A stretch of DNA of 63,481 nt, the filler included, from Guillardia theta CCMP2712 (lineage: Eukaryota; Protista; Cryptophyta), in assembly GCF_000315625.1 (NCBI RefSeq). It is 6 parts of 6 records of this genome, joined end to end, with 100 filler letters (N's around TTAATTAATTAA, not from the genome) between each part and the next. Parts side by side here need not be neighbours in the genome. Positions count along the whole stretch, not along the records: positions 1 to 28,922 come from NW_005434568.1; 5 more parts are not named here. One strand, given 5' to 3'. Both the position numbers and the translations under genes were made by a program. The notes beneath the pieces are model-generated. The model saw only the letters and a list, made by a program, of their open reading frames with translations. It did no database searches and was not told the origin of the DNA. Positions 1-11,300 of the stretch are shown in pieces (the stretch's first letter is position 1; the number at the start of each line of letters is the position of its first letter).

Positions 1-963
1 AATCTCACTCTCTTACTCTTTCCACGTTTTATCCCGCCTCCTCTTCCCTCCTCCCCTCTTCCCTTTCGCTGTGTCGTCCACCTCTCCCTGTCCCTTCCCT
101 CCCCTCCCCTCCCTCCCTCCCTCCTCTCTTACCGCTTCCAGCTTCACTGTACAAATGCTGCTGGCCAGAGACACCGTCACATCTCGCACAGCTGGGCTCC
201 TCTTCAGCCCCTGCTCGATCCTCCTCACGCATGCCCCACACGTGATCCCTTCGACTTGGAAGCGCCTCCTCTCTTCAGGGCAAGTCGAGCCGAGCAGGCA
301 GACAGGGCTTGCCAGATGCTCCTCCAGCGTCTTGAGCAGAAGACTCTTGTCAAGGGAGGACGACGAGCTGATGGTGACGGTGCGGGTGTGACGGTTGATG
401 TCATAGCCAGTCACTTTCAAGGGAGGATGGAAGGAGGAGGAAAAGGAGGAGAGGGAAGAGTCGGTCGAGGAGGGAGGAAGACGAACGGGGAAGGAGGAAG
501 ACTGGAGGCAGGATAGAAGCTTGTTCAACTTGATCACCACATCCTCCGATCTCAGATCTGGAACGTAAAACGTAGCAGAGCAAACGTCACTATGCTCCTT
601 CTGACTGTCGGAAGTCCGTTCCGTCTGTTCCATTCCTCGATGCTCTCCTCCTCCTCCCCCTCCTCCTCCTCCTCCTCCTCCTCCTCCACTCATTGCCCCG
701 GCCCCGGCCCCTCCTTCTACCCCCTCTACTGCCGTGCATCCGTACCCCGCCGCTATCACCGCTCCTACAAGCTCCGACGTCGCTCCTCCTTCCACGTACG
801 CCCTACCCCCTTCCAGCTCCACCCGCACCTCCTTCACGCCATCGATAACTCGCAGCGCCTTCTCCACCCGCCCGACGCACTTCCTGCATGTCATACCCTC
901 AACGATGAGCCGTGCAGGCATTGCCTTAGAGTTTCTCTCACTCTCCTCCTCCAGGGCCATCAC
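1..963 (-). CDS. Heavy-metal (Cu-type) P1B ATPase or multi-HMA protein, N-terminal part; continues off the window
   Basis: HMA motifs VEGMTCRKC and VEGITCGAC plus a degenerate middle HMA-like unit. Likely GTAAG donor near 132. The ATPase core is not in the window. Confidence 0.75.
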
Positions 964-1741
964 ATTCTGTGAAAGCGTTTAGCTGAACTTGTCGATGACC
1001 TGCAGACCTGAAGCGTCACATGCTTGCAACCTTCACCACATCTTCAGAGCTCTCCTCTGTTCTGCTCTGCCATGAACGTTCCTCTCCTCTCTCTCCTTAA
1101 GCTTCAACTCTCTCTCTCTCTCTCTCTCGATCTCGATCTCGATCTCGATCTTTCTTTTTCTTCCCCTGCCTGAGGCCCCTTGCATGTTGTACATCGACCA
1201 ACCAAAAGCTAGAACCTTGGCTCACGTCCCTTACCGTTACATGACGGTTACAATCCTGTGGATCCGAGCCTGAGGGGCCGACCGTGGCGGCACAGTGGCC
1301 GGGCCGGGCCGTGACCGTCACTGAGGCTCACTGATCCCGGCGCTGCGGCGGCGCCCCCGGTGGCCGGGCCCGGCGGGCTCAAGCTGGCCGGGCGGCGGCC
1401 GCGACCTCATCGAGTCACCGAGTCGTCTCGACCTTTCAAGTACCGTACTGTTGGAGTGCGGCAGTGCCCATGTTGACTTTTTCTGAACGATTTTGGAACT
1501 TCGGAACTTTTGCCAAAAAAATCTCAAGCAATTTCGTGGTTTTTACAGTTGTTATAGTGCAGAGCGCTGGTCACGGTACCGGTACGGCATCATGTGTTAC
1601 CGCTGATCTCCCCGAGTCCCGCCGGCCGGCCCGGGCTCCCGGCCTAGCCTGGTACCAAGGCATAAGAACAGACACTCTTAGCTTGTGTCTTGTATCTAAG
1701 AAAGACCCTCGACCCATCTTGTTAGTGTTTCATTCAACGAA

Positions 1742-3951
1742 TTATTTCATCCCATTGCCATACTCTAGACCATTTTCGAAAACTTCACCTTGTGACAAGG
1801 CATCTTTCTTCGACAGTGAGAAGCTCTTTGTGTAGAACGAGTTCCCCTCTTGAAGCTTCAACGAGTTCCTGTGGTCTCTTGAGTACGATTGAGAGAGGAT
1901 CTCTTTTCGCATTAGCTTCCTTCTCTTCTGCACGTTCCCTTCTATGAATGAGAACTTCTCATGGAAGCATCTCAAATCCGAAGAGATTCTCTCGAGATCC
2001 AGAACAATTGGTGCATTGTGCAAATTTGCCATCTCATCAATGATCTCTTCTGGACACTTCCCGCTCACGAGCTCAGTTTGATATCGGTCTGCTTTTCAGC
2101 CGAGGCGATCGCAAGTCCTTTCAAGGCCTTCATCACACTGTCAATATTGTCGCTGTTCCATCCAGCGATTCCGACCTTGCTTGCGAAATGCAGTTGAAGT
2201 TTGGTGTACCTGAACATGACCAGCCGTAGCATGCAACCGAACCCAGCCTTGGAGAGGAGGCCACTCTTGCTCGACAGACCAGCGTACTCGACAAACGCAT
2301 ACCAATCCTTCAGCTCGAAGATGACGGGAGGCATCAGCCTCATCTCGCGGAATGCTGACTGAAGCTCCTTGAAAGACATCGACTCCTGATCATGCGTTTC
2401 ATCCATGCAGTTCCCCTTAGAAACACATACAGCTTTCCACAGTTTGCCCAGCCGGACCTCCAGGTCTTCAAGGTCGACGCTGTCCAGTAGCTGTTCGACA
2501 AGAGACTTCAAGCCAAATACGCTTCTCTGGACATACATGACATTGGGGTCTTCATAGGGTCGTAGATTCACTCCAGTGTTGTTGCTCGGCGAAGAGCAAA
2601 ACTTATCCACAAGCACGCAGATCACGATGTTGACCAGAGTGAAAGTGATGATCAACTGATAGCTCACAAAGAAAATACCAACACCCGCAGGATTTCCTGT
2701 CTGTATAAACAATTGTCGAACAATATCAGACCAACCATCGCCTGTCATAAATTGCCACAAAGTGAACATTGCTCGGAAAAACGTGCCAAAGTCTTCTACA
2801 GTGTAGGAAGCAAAAAAGTTGACGCACATCATGGCGTAAATTGAGGCAATCAGAAACAACAAAAGATATGCATTGGCCATCGCTGGTATCGCTTCAAAGA
2901 TTGACTCTACAATCCTTTTCAAGCTTGGCACGCGCTTGAAAAGTCGGAAGACACGAAAGGTACGCATCAATTTCAAACTGTTTGAACCAGGAAAATTTCC
3001 AGCAGCTATCGAGAGAATTCCAAAGAAAACGACAATGAAATCAAAGTGATTCCAAGGATCCCTGAAGAAGTCTCGGAAAAGGTTTGCAAACAAGTTGATG
3101 GAGAGTTCAAAGGCAAAGATCAATGTGAAAGACATGTCACAGAAATCTAGAAAGTCCAAAAAGCTTGGAGGTAGCTGAGAGCTGATTATGTTTATCCCGA
3201 AATTAAAACAAATGAAGGCAGCAACAACAAGCTGGAACTGAGGCTTCATATAAAAGTATCTCACTTTCCACCTCAGAAAACCAAGGCGATTAACATGGCA
3301 CATTTGAGAAGCTGTTTCATACTTCAAGGCTCTTCGAAGACATTCAACCCAAAAGTCTCTCTCTTCCTTTGTCTGACATTTGAATTTGAGCGGTTGTCCT
3401 CGGAAATGACCGAACGCACTAGTAAGAAGAACAAACTCCTCATCCCCTGCCTGCAGGGCACTTACAGAATGAAGAGCTCGTCTCGATAGTGTTCTTCCTG
3501 GGAAGAGATTAGCATGTTCAGATTCAAACAATTTTGATAGGTCGTCAACATGCTCAGATTCGTGCAAGGAGGTTTGTCGTAGAAACGCATTGAACTTGTA
3601 CTTAACATCCTCGTGGGCTTGCTCAGCACAAAGCGAAGTAGCAACGCCTATGATATCCCCGTAGGACACGATCAAAGGAAGTGCTTCGTTCAATCTAGCA
3701 GAGACTTTCAAGCCTTCGCCGTTAAGCTGCACTAATCGGTGCGAGTATGAATATGTACATCTCATCCATTCCTTGCAGTGCAGTTTTAGCCATCCCTCTG
3801 TTCTGACCTCCTTTAGAGGCCTTCCATCTTCAAAGAACTGACGAGTGTTGTTCCAAGCCTCAGAGAAATGTCGCCTTGTCGATAGTAATCGTGGCGTTTC
3901 ATTCAGTTGGTGGTCAGCCTTCAACTTCCTGCAAGCATAAAAAAGTGCCAT
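1742..3951 (-). CDS. PH-domain plus single-domain (6TM) voltage-gated cation channel (Ion_trans; BacNav/CatSper/EukCat-like)
   Basis: ORF 2065-3951 has a PH signature (EGWLKL...FKCQTKEERDFWVECLRRAL), S1-S3 (FFRDPWNHFDFIVV), S4 (LMRTFRVFRLFKR), filter TLWQFMTGDGWSDI and S6 (TLVNIVICVLVDKF). ORF 1742-2068 may be a 3' exon after a GTGAG donor. Confidence 0.85.
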
Positions 3952-4319
3952 GTTCGAGAACTGACGATGCAGGCACCGCGACAGTACTTTTATGATAGCA
4001 TGGAGTTGTCAGAACCCTTGAGAAGAACTATCCAACTACACATGTCAACAAGAAAAAGGCGTCAAGGTGTCTTCTATGCTCACGCTCTTGCTGTAAAGTT
4101 TGCATCATCATCCTGCAGTCCAAGCAAAGGTAGCATCATGAATGCATTGACGTGATATCACCCATGACCCTTACAGCTTCATGATCACAATATAATGATT
4201 CTCACTCATCACATCATGGATGTCTGCAGATAAGTTCCCTTCCTATGTGAAGCATGGTCCTGCGCATCTTGCCCGGTGGTTCAACCATGCATCTCATTTG
4301 CAATGACACATGCCGTGCT

Positions 4320-5340
4320 CGATTAGGTCCTTCTCACATTCACCACCCTCCTGTATCTCCCTGTCACCACCCCCTCCCCGGCATTACTTCGAACCGTGAT
4401 CTACCCTACACCCCACCCTGGGCCTAGCCCCCACCCCTACGGTGATTTTTTGAGGCCCCAATCTCCAGGGTGGGTCCATCCACCACCCCTCCCTCCTCAT
4501 GTATAGACTTCTTTGATCCCACCACCCGGTCCTTACACATATCCCCTATCTCCCCTAGAAATTTCTATCTCCGAACCCACCCCCTGCAAACCTTTTTTCC
4601 CCGTCTTTACTACACTGCCTGAAGATCACGAAGGGCTTGAAGGAATGCCGCTACCCCCACCCCCACCCTCACCTCCACCCCCACCCCCTCCCATTTTCAC
4701 GACTGACCCCCCCTCGACTCCGAGGCTCATTTTGGGAATTTCCGAGCCTCACCCTCACCGCCCCTACCACTGTCAAGTACCCACGGGTCCTACTAGGCTG
4801 TATTCAGAAAGAGTTTTCGACCAACTGCAGGGCACTAGGCTACATATAGTACCCCCCCCCCCTAGGCCTCGAAGCAACCGTCTGCCAGGTGTCGTCCCGG
4901 TCACTACTAGCAGCAAAAAAAAGCAGCAGCTCACCACCCTACCCCATGAGGTCTCAGCCCTTCTTAGCACCGTCAAGTACGGAGTGTTCGGAGTGATGAC
5001 TCCCCTGCCCTGGCACGGGCCCGGCCAAGTTTCTGCCAGGCTGGTCAGTGACCCGGCTGTGGTCAGTGGAGTCAGAGTTTACTCTGAAAGTTGAATAAGT
5101 TACTTCAAGCCGGGCTCAAAGTTACTAAAAGTTAGGTTGAAAATCAATGTGTGACAACACTGTGACACTGTGATCGGACAGCCTGTCCGAACAAGTTTCC
5201 TGGTGAGTCCGAGTCACCGCGCGGCCCGGCCCCCGCGGCCGCCGGGGCACCCGGAGCCACGGCACTGTGGCAGGCCTGCCAGGCTTCGGCCCGTGCAGTG
5301 CGGCCCAGCGGCGGGGCCCGGGGTCCGGCGGGCCGCCATT
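4320..5340. repeat. Intergenic repetitive block: C-rich tracts followed by a CpG/palindrome-rich block
   Basis: Recurrent CCACCC/CTACCC/ACCCCC runs at 4320-4960, then dense CCGG/GGCC/CCCGGG at 5000-5340. Similar architecture recurs elsewhere in the window. Confidence 0.5.
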
Positions 5341-5826
5341 CAACGGTTCCAACGATACTTGGCAAGGTTAATCGATACTTACCGTACTACGGTACCGTGG
5401 CTTGAGTGGCGACATTGATAACAAGTGGCTCATCTTTCCGAGCGGCGGCCCTGCCAAATTACAGTATTTACGTTAGCCAGGGACCGTGACGTTCCGATCA
5501 CTTTAGTTGATCATCCGATGATCGGCTGCAACAAATCTTCCGACAAGGCTTCGGAAAGTTCCATTTTTAGTTAAATCACCCGGCCAAGATGGCATCATGT
5601 TTCGAGGCCTCCCAAAATTCAGTTGATACTGAAGTAATCCTAATAACGACAGACAAGCTCTCGTTCTGCGTTAGACCATGATCTTTGTGGGGTATGCCCA
5701 CCTCACAATACAGGCCCCTGAGATCCATGCGCAATCCTTTCAAGAGGATCAGCCTTGCTTCTGTGCAAATGAGCCTTCTGGCTACCGACGCCGGAGTTTG
5801 CAAGAGACCTGATATCATTGTGTCAG

Positions 5827-6886
5827 TCACGTGGAAGAGGGGCGCCATTGAGCTGACCTCGGGTTTGCTGTCGACCCGTACATGGAATGGTACTGCTTGT
5901 CGTAGTTGTCCCTCTTCCGCTCGCCATCTCTTGATGTTTCGTAGGCAGTTCGCGGAGCACTTGCACCTTAGCAAGAAATACGTGAGAAGGCGCAGGGAGG
6001 CAACAGGAGACGAAGATAAATCTTACTTGCGAGTCGACGCTCAAGCGCACTCATGTGCTCTTGTCCCTGCAGGATTGTGACTACTTTCGAGTGACGTGGG
6101 ACAACAGAATGCACTTACAGGTCGTTTGTGTCGCTTCCATTCTTCATCGTCAGAATGATCGCGTGTATCTCGCTTCCTCTTCTTGTCCTTTTTCTCGGCT
6201 TTCAGTCTTTTCTTCTCCTGCTTGTGGGCCTTTTTCAACTCTTTCTTCAGCTTCTTGTCACTTTTGCCCTTGTGATCGGTCGACGAGTTCCATTCACCTG
6301 CTTCAATGCTTGCCAGCAATGCAGCATGATCAGTGTCGTCATCCTTATGGCCGTGATTGCCGCCTGAGAGGTGATTCTGAAGGATCTCGTTGATATTTTG
6401 CGTTCCCTCCTGTCGTTCGTGGGTTTGCGTTTCAAGACTTGCTTGCAGGTTCTCCACTTTAATGGGAGCAAACCCAAGACCTTCAACTCTTTCGCCAAAG
6501 GATTCGCTGGCAATGCCATCTGCGATGGTACCAGCTTCTGCATTGCCTTTCTTGAACAGCTTGTTCTTCTCCGCTCTTTCCAGGGCCACTTCGGGTCTTT
6601 CCATAGGTTTTTCACCAAGGAGTTGCGCCATCAGGTCATTTTCTCGTGATTTCACCATGTCGATTTCCGTTTTCCCGGACTTCTTCAGATCTACCTTCGT
6701 TTCATTGACGTACCAGTTAAGATCCTTGAACTTTTGCCATCTTCCCGCTGCTGCCTTCACAGAGTGACCTAGATAGTTTTGAGCTTGAAAGACGGTGTCT
6801 CCATGTTTCTCCTTGATCTCGGACCAGTCAAATTGGTCCTTTCCTCCTCGAGTTCCTCCTCGAGCAGGACCATTGTAGATCGCCAT
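5827..6886 (-). CDS. MMTAG2: MMtag domain protein (multiple myeloma tumor-associated protein 2 homolog)
   Basis: RGGTRGGKDQFDW...NYLGHSVKAAAGRWQKFKDLNWY matches the MMtag motif, followed by a Lys-rich tail. Introns predicted near 6068-6118 and ~5968-6027; 3' end approximate. Confidence 0.88.
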
Positions 6887-7313
6887 GAGCGTATCCTTGT
6901 TCTAGGTACAGATTTATTCCCTACCACTCCTTCCGATCTAGCAACGAGCAGAACCACACGGTATCTGCATGAAAGCGATCAGCTGGAGAAGCTTACACTT
7001 CAAAACAAACAAGCATTTTTTTCTATTCAACCCATCCCCTTGCTCCCTTCTCAATCTCTCCCCTATTACCTCCCCCACTCATCCCAATCGCCACACCGCC
7101 GTTGGTTCCCACTACCTGGCTGCCACCCTGCCTCTTCCGCCCCACATTCCCTTTATCCTTTGCCCATGCGCCTCCATCTCTATTCCCCCCTTCAGTCGCG
7201 ATCCTTCACGCCCTCTATCCTTCTCCCGCTTCCTTCCTTCAGCTCCTCTCCTCTCCTTGTCCTCCCCGTGCATCAGCCGCCTGCTCCTGCTTCCCCAAAA
7301 CTTCCCTTTGGTT

Positions 7314-7479
7314 TCTTTGCTCAAAGTTAAGTTAAAATTCAGTACGAGATCATTTGACCATCATGAGTCAACTGAGAGTCGGAGAGCCTCCGGGCGGCCC
7401 TCGGAGACCCCGGCTGAGAGACTCGAGAGCCTCGGAGACCCAATCATGGGCCTGCCAACTGCTGTCCCCCAAACTTAAC
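7314..7479. mobile_element. Short non-autonomous interspersed element, copy 1
   Basis: Left end TCTTTGCTCAAAGTTAAGTTAAAATTCAGTACGAG and right end CCTGCCAACTGCTGTCCCCCAAACTTAAC are shared with the copy at 7666-7817; the middle differs. Confidence 0.6.
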
Positions 7480-7653
7480 TGATACCTTCACTTAACTGCG
7501 CGCAGGACCATTCCCCCGCGCCACTAGGCTTCAATCAGGGCCACTGCAATGGGGCCCGGCCGGTACGACTCCGATTGCCGGGCCCGGGGCCTTCCGGCGG
7601 GGCCCCTGAGCCTCCGACGCAGCGGGCCGGGCGACCGGCCGGCGGGGGGAAAC

Positions 7654-7829
7654 CGTTGAACAGTCTTTACTCAAAGTTAAGTTAAAGATCAGTACGAGGA
7701 CAATCAGGAGAGACGAGGAGGCTTGACCCAGACACTGTCGCACAGGCCAAACGGCGAGAAGAGAAAAGACAGCGAGAACCAAACCCAATCCTGCCGACTG
7801 CTGTCCCCCAAACTTAACGTTGAACAGTC
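7654..7829. mobile_element. Short non-autonomous interspersed element, copy 2, with flanking direct repeat
   Basis: CGTTGAACAGTC at 7654-7665 and 7818-7829 flanks a 152-bp body with the same terminal blocks as the other copies. Confidence 0.7.
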
Positions 7830-8375
7830 ACGGTTAGATTAGAATTTTCACTCAATTGTAAGCAAAATCTTTGGGTACCGTACATTGTAGGTAAAATCAA
7901 CCAACGGGCGGCGGCGGTACCGAGTAAAGAAAGAAAGTTTACCGTGGAGTACGCCCGGCGACAATGTCAACGGTTTTCAACGGTCACAAAGAAGGGGTAG
8001 TACCCCACCACCTTACCTAAAGTACCCCCATGTCCTACGACAAGAGTACTTTACAAATTTGACTGAATGATTTTGATATCATCAAGTGACGGTAGCAGTA
8101 GCGTAGCGGCACAATGCCGCCGGCCTCGCGAGCAGACGTGATGACGTGAGTGACTGAGCACTTAGACAGTGGATGAGACCAAGAGCAAGCACCCGTGATA
8201 GCATCGCTCAATGCTGGACTATCGTGAGAGACAAGCCTTCGCGCTTGTGAGCAAGAAGTACATTGAACGAGTATCTCAAAGCTGGATTTGAAGCAGTGCT
8301 CATTTTTGAAACAGCTCATTCATACTGCTACAGCACATCGAGATCTCTGTTGCCATTAGGACTCTTGTCTATCCC

Positions 8376-11300
8376 ATGATGCTTCCTAGTCCCAGGCTTC
8401 TTCTTGCAGCCGTAGTCTTCCTGCTCTCCTTTCCATCCCCGGCCCTTTCAGTGCAATGCGGTTCCTGCAACTTCATTGTCACCTCAGGCGTCCTGACAAG
8501 GGAGGGCGACTGTCCTACCGACTGCTTGAACCTCGGGCTGACGTACATGTCGATCTCCAGCATCGTGCCAGGAACGTTCAACAACCTGACCTCGCTGGTC
8601 GGAGTCTATCTTCAATCGAACCGCTTGCAAAACATCACGTCAGAGCAACTGGCGGGGCTGCAGGGGCTCAAGTACCTGGATCTGTCTTACAACCAGATAT
8701 CGTATGTGCCGGCAGGAGCTTTGTACAACTTAGGGGGACTTGTTGGTCTTAGCTTCCAAGGAAATATGCTGGTGAACATCTCTTCGGACATGTTCTCCGA
8801 GCAACACGTTCTGATGTATCTTGATCTTTCATACAATCGCATCTCGAACATTGCTTCAGGTGCCTTCAACAGTCTTTCGTCCCTCTATTCCCTCGCCTTG
8901 AACGGAAACAGCTTGTCAAGCATATCGTCAGACACGGTCAAAGGACTAGGGAGTATCTCATATCTGACCCTGGACTCCAACAAGATCACAAGCATAGCTT
9001 CTGGAACCTTCAGCAACCAAGTCTACCTTGCTAGCCTTAGTCTAAACGGGAACAACCTCACTAGCATCTCTTATGATACCTTCAAAGGACTATCGAGACT
9101 CAGTTCACTTTACCTTGGCAACAACAGGATCTCCAGCATTGCTCCTGGAACCTTCAGCAGCCTGACGTATCTGTACACCCTCGATCTGCACGGGAACAGC
9201 CTCACTAGCATCTCTTCTGACACTTTCCAAGGACTAGCAAGACTGACATATTTGAACACATCCTTCAATCAATTCTCAAACATTGCTCCCGGGGCCTTCA
9301 GTAACCTGACGTCTCTGAACTCCCTGGACATCTCCATGAACAACCTCTCGAACATCTCTCCCCTCACCTTCGCAGGGCTCTCATCACTACAGTACCTGTT
9401 TCAGTGGAGTTGCAAGGTTTCGTCTGTAGCTCCAGGCTCCTTCGCCGGCTCTCCACTCCTGAAGATAGTCGATCTGTCGTCGAACAGACTGACCACCATC
9501 GAGGCAGGCGTCTTCAACTCTCTCAGCAGCCTTTCCTCCCTCTCCTTGGGAAGCAACCAGATCAGCTGCGTGGCTCCTGGGGCCTTCAACCCCCAGCTGC
9601 AAGCAGGTCTTCGAGTCAACATGTGGTACAACCCTCTTCCTTGCTTGGAGCCCTCGGTCGTCCCGCTCGTGACGCCTCTGATCCCTCCATGCACCGCCGA
9701 CACGCGATGCTCGATGAACGCGACAGTCAAGGCCATCCAGCTGGTCGAGCTGCTCAAGGTCATGTACGAGGCTCTAGACGTGGCCGGAGCGGGTCAGGTG
9801 TGCGTGAGAGACATCGCGGGGGCGGCGGGGAACCTGAGCTCGTACTACCTCGCTACCTCGGGCAGGGTGGAGCTATCGCAAGACTGGGTGAGCGGCTTGT
9901 TACGGTCGTTCGTGGCTGAGGCGGGGGCGGAGGGGCAAGTGACGTCGAGGAGGCTCTTGCTGGGCATTGTGGGGGGGGTGACGCCGGAGTGGAGCCCGGA
10001 AGAGAGCGTGGGCGACCTGATGCTGCGAGTGTCAGCCGTGTTGATCAGCATGGCAGACTCAGACAAGGATGGCAGGGCGGGAGGGCGGGAGCTGGAGGGG
10101 ACGTTTGGGATCCAAGGCGGACTGCTGGATGTGGTAAGGAGAGCTTGAGGGGGAGGCAGAGGACTGACGAGGAGGGGGAGGTCAGGTGATGCAGGTAGCC
10201 GCCAAGAAGAACGGGCAGCCTGTCGGGCAGGTAGGAGCGTCAGAGCTGGCGTACCTGCTGGAGTCAGCGACGGCGTACATGCGGGGCGAGAAGCTGCCGC
10301 GGGACCTGGACGGGATGACGAGGGAGATGGTGCTTGTGCTGGTGAGGCTGGCGGATGCCAACGGAGACGAGGCGATCTCGATGCAGGAGGGGAGGATGAT
10401 CGGCATACCAGGTCCAGCTCTCGCCGAGGTGAGTGAGGTGGTGGGGTAGAGGAGGGGGTCGTGAGGCCGGTTGAGCAGGTGGACGGGGACGGGAACGGCG
10501 TGGTGACCGCCGAGGAGATGATGGACGCCAAGCGACGGATGCTCAACAGCCTGGCGACGTCGTCAGGCTACGTGCACGTGCGAGACAAGGCAGCGAAGAT
10601 CTACTTGACGTCTGTGTGGACGACAGGGAACCTGACGATGCTGCTGCAGCCGTCTTGGTTCTTCCCTAGGCGGGCGGTCGATGCCCCGGCGGTGGAGCAG
10701 TGCGGGTCAAGCGGCTCTGCGGCAGGAGGGTCGACAGGCTCTGGAGCGGAGACGTGGAGCTACGGGGACCTCGGGGAGGAGATGGTTGAGCTGATAGGGC
10801 CTGGCTGCTCGTTCGCAGACTTTGTGAGGTACGGGCTCGCGTTGGGACCCTACGCAGAGCAGCAGGCGACATGCAGCTCGATACTGCCATGGACGCTTGC
10901 TCCTCTGCTCGTGACCTCGCTCGATCGGAACCTCGACGGAGGGCTGTCGATGGACGAGACGATCTGCTTGGGGAGCGCGGTCTTCCTGGACATCTCCAAG
11001 GGGTCCTGGCGGATAGAGGGGCAGATGCTGGAGGCCTATCTGCTCCGCACGGGTCAGGTGGGAGGCCCGGTAAGCAACGGGAGCGACTTCGCCTTCTTCC
11101 GGATGCTGTTCGGGGAGCGACTGGACCCGTCCTTGAACAGCTCTGCCATCTTCCCGCACATCGTGCTGCCGGACCCGAGCAGCGCTGAGCTGAGCGCGAG
11201 CTTCTTGCTGGGGCTGGGGATGCCGGGAGGGCGATACCAGGAGCTGTTCTGCGGCTCGTTGCCATGCGTCGGGAACGAGAGCCTGTCGGGGCTCAACCTC

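Noticed and set aside
4513-5094. 193-aa Pro-rich ORF, and similar ORFs at 33431-34009 and 20167-20588
   Set aside because: Non-ATG starts or low-complexity translations of GC-skewed intergenic blocks, with no domain signal.
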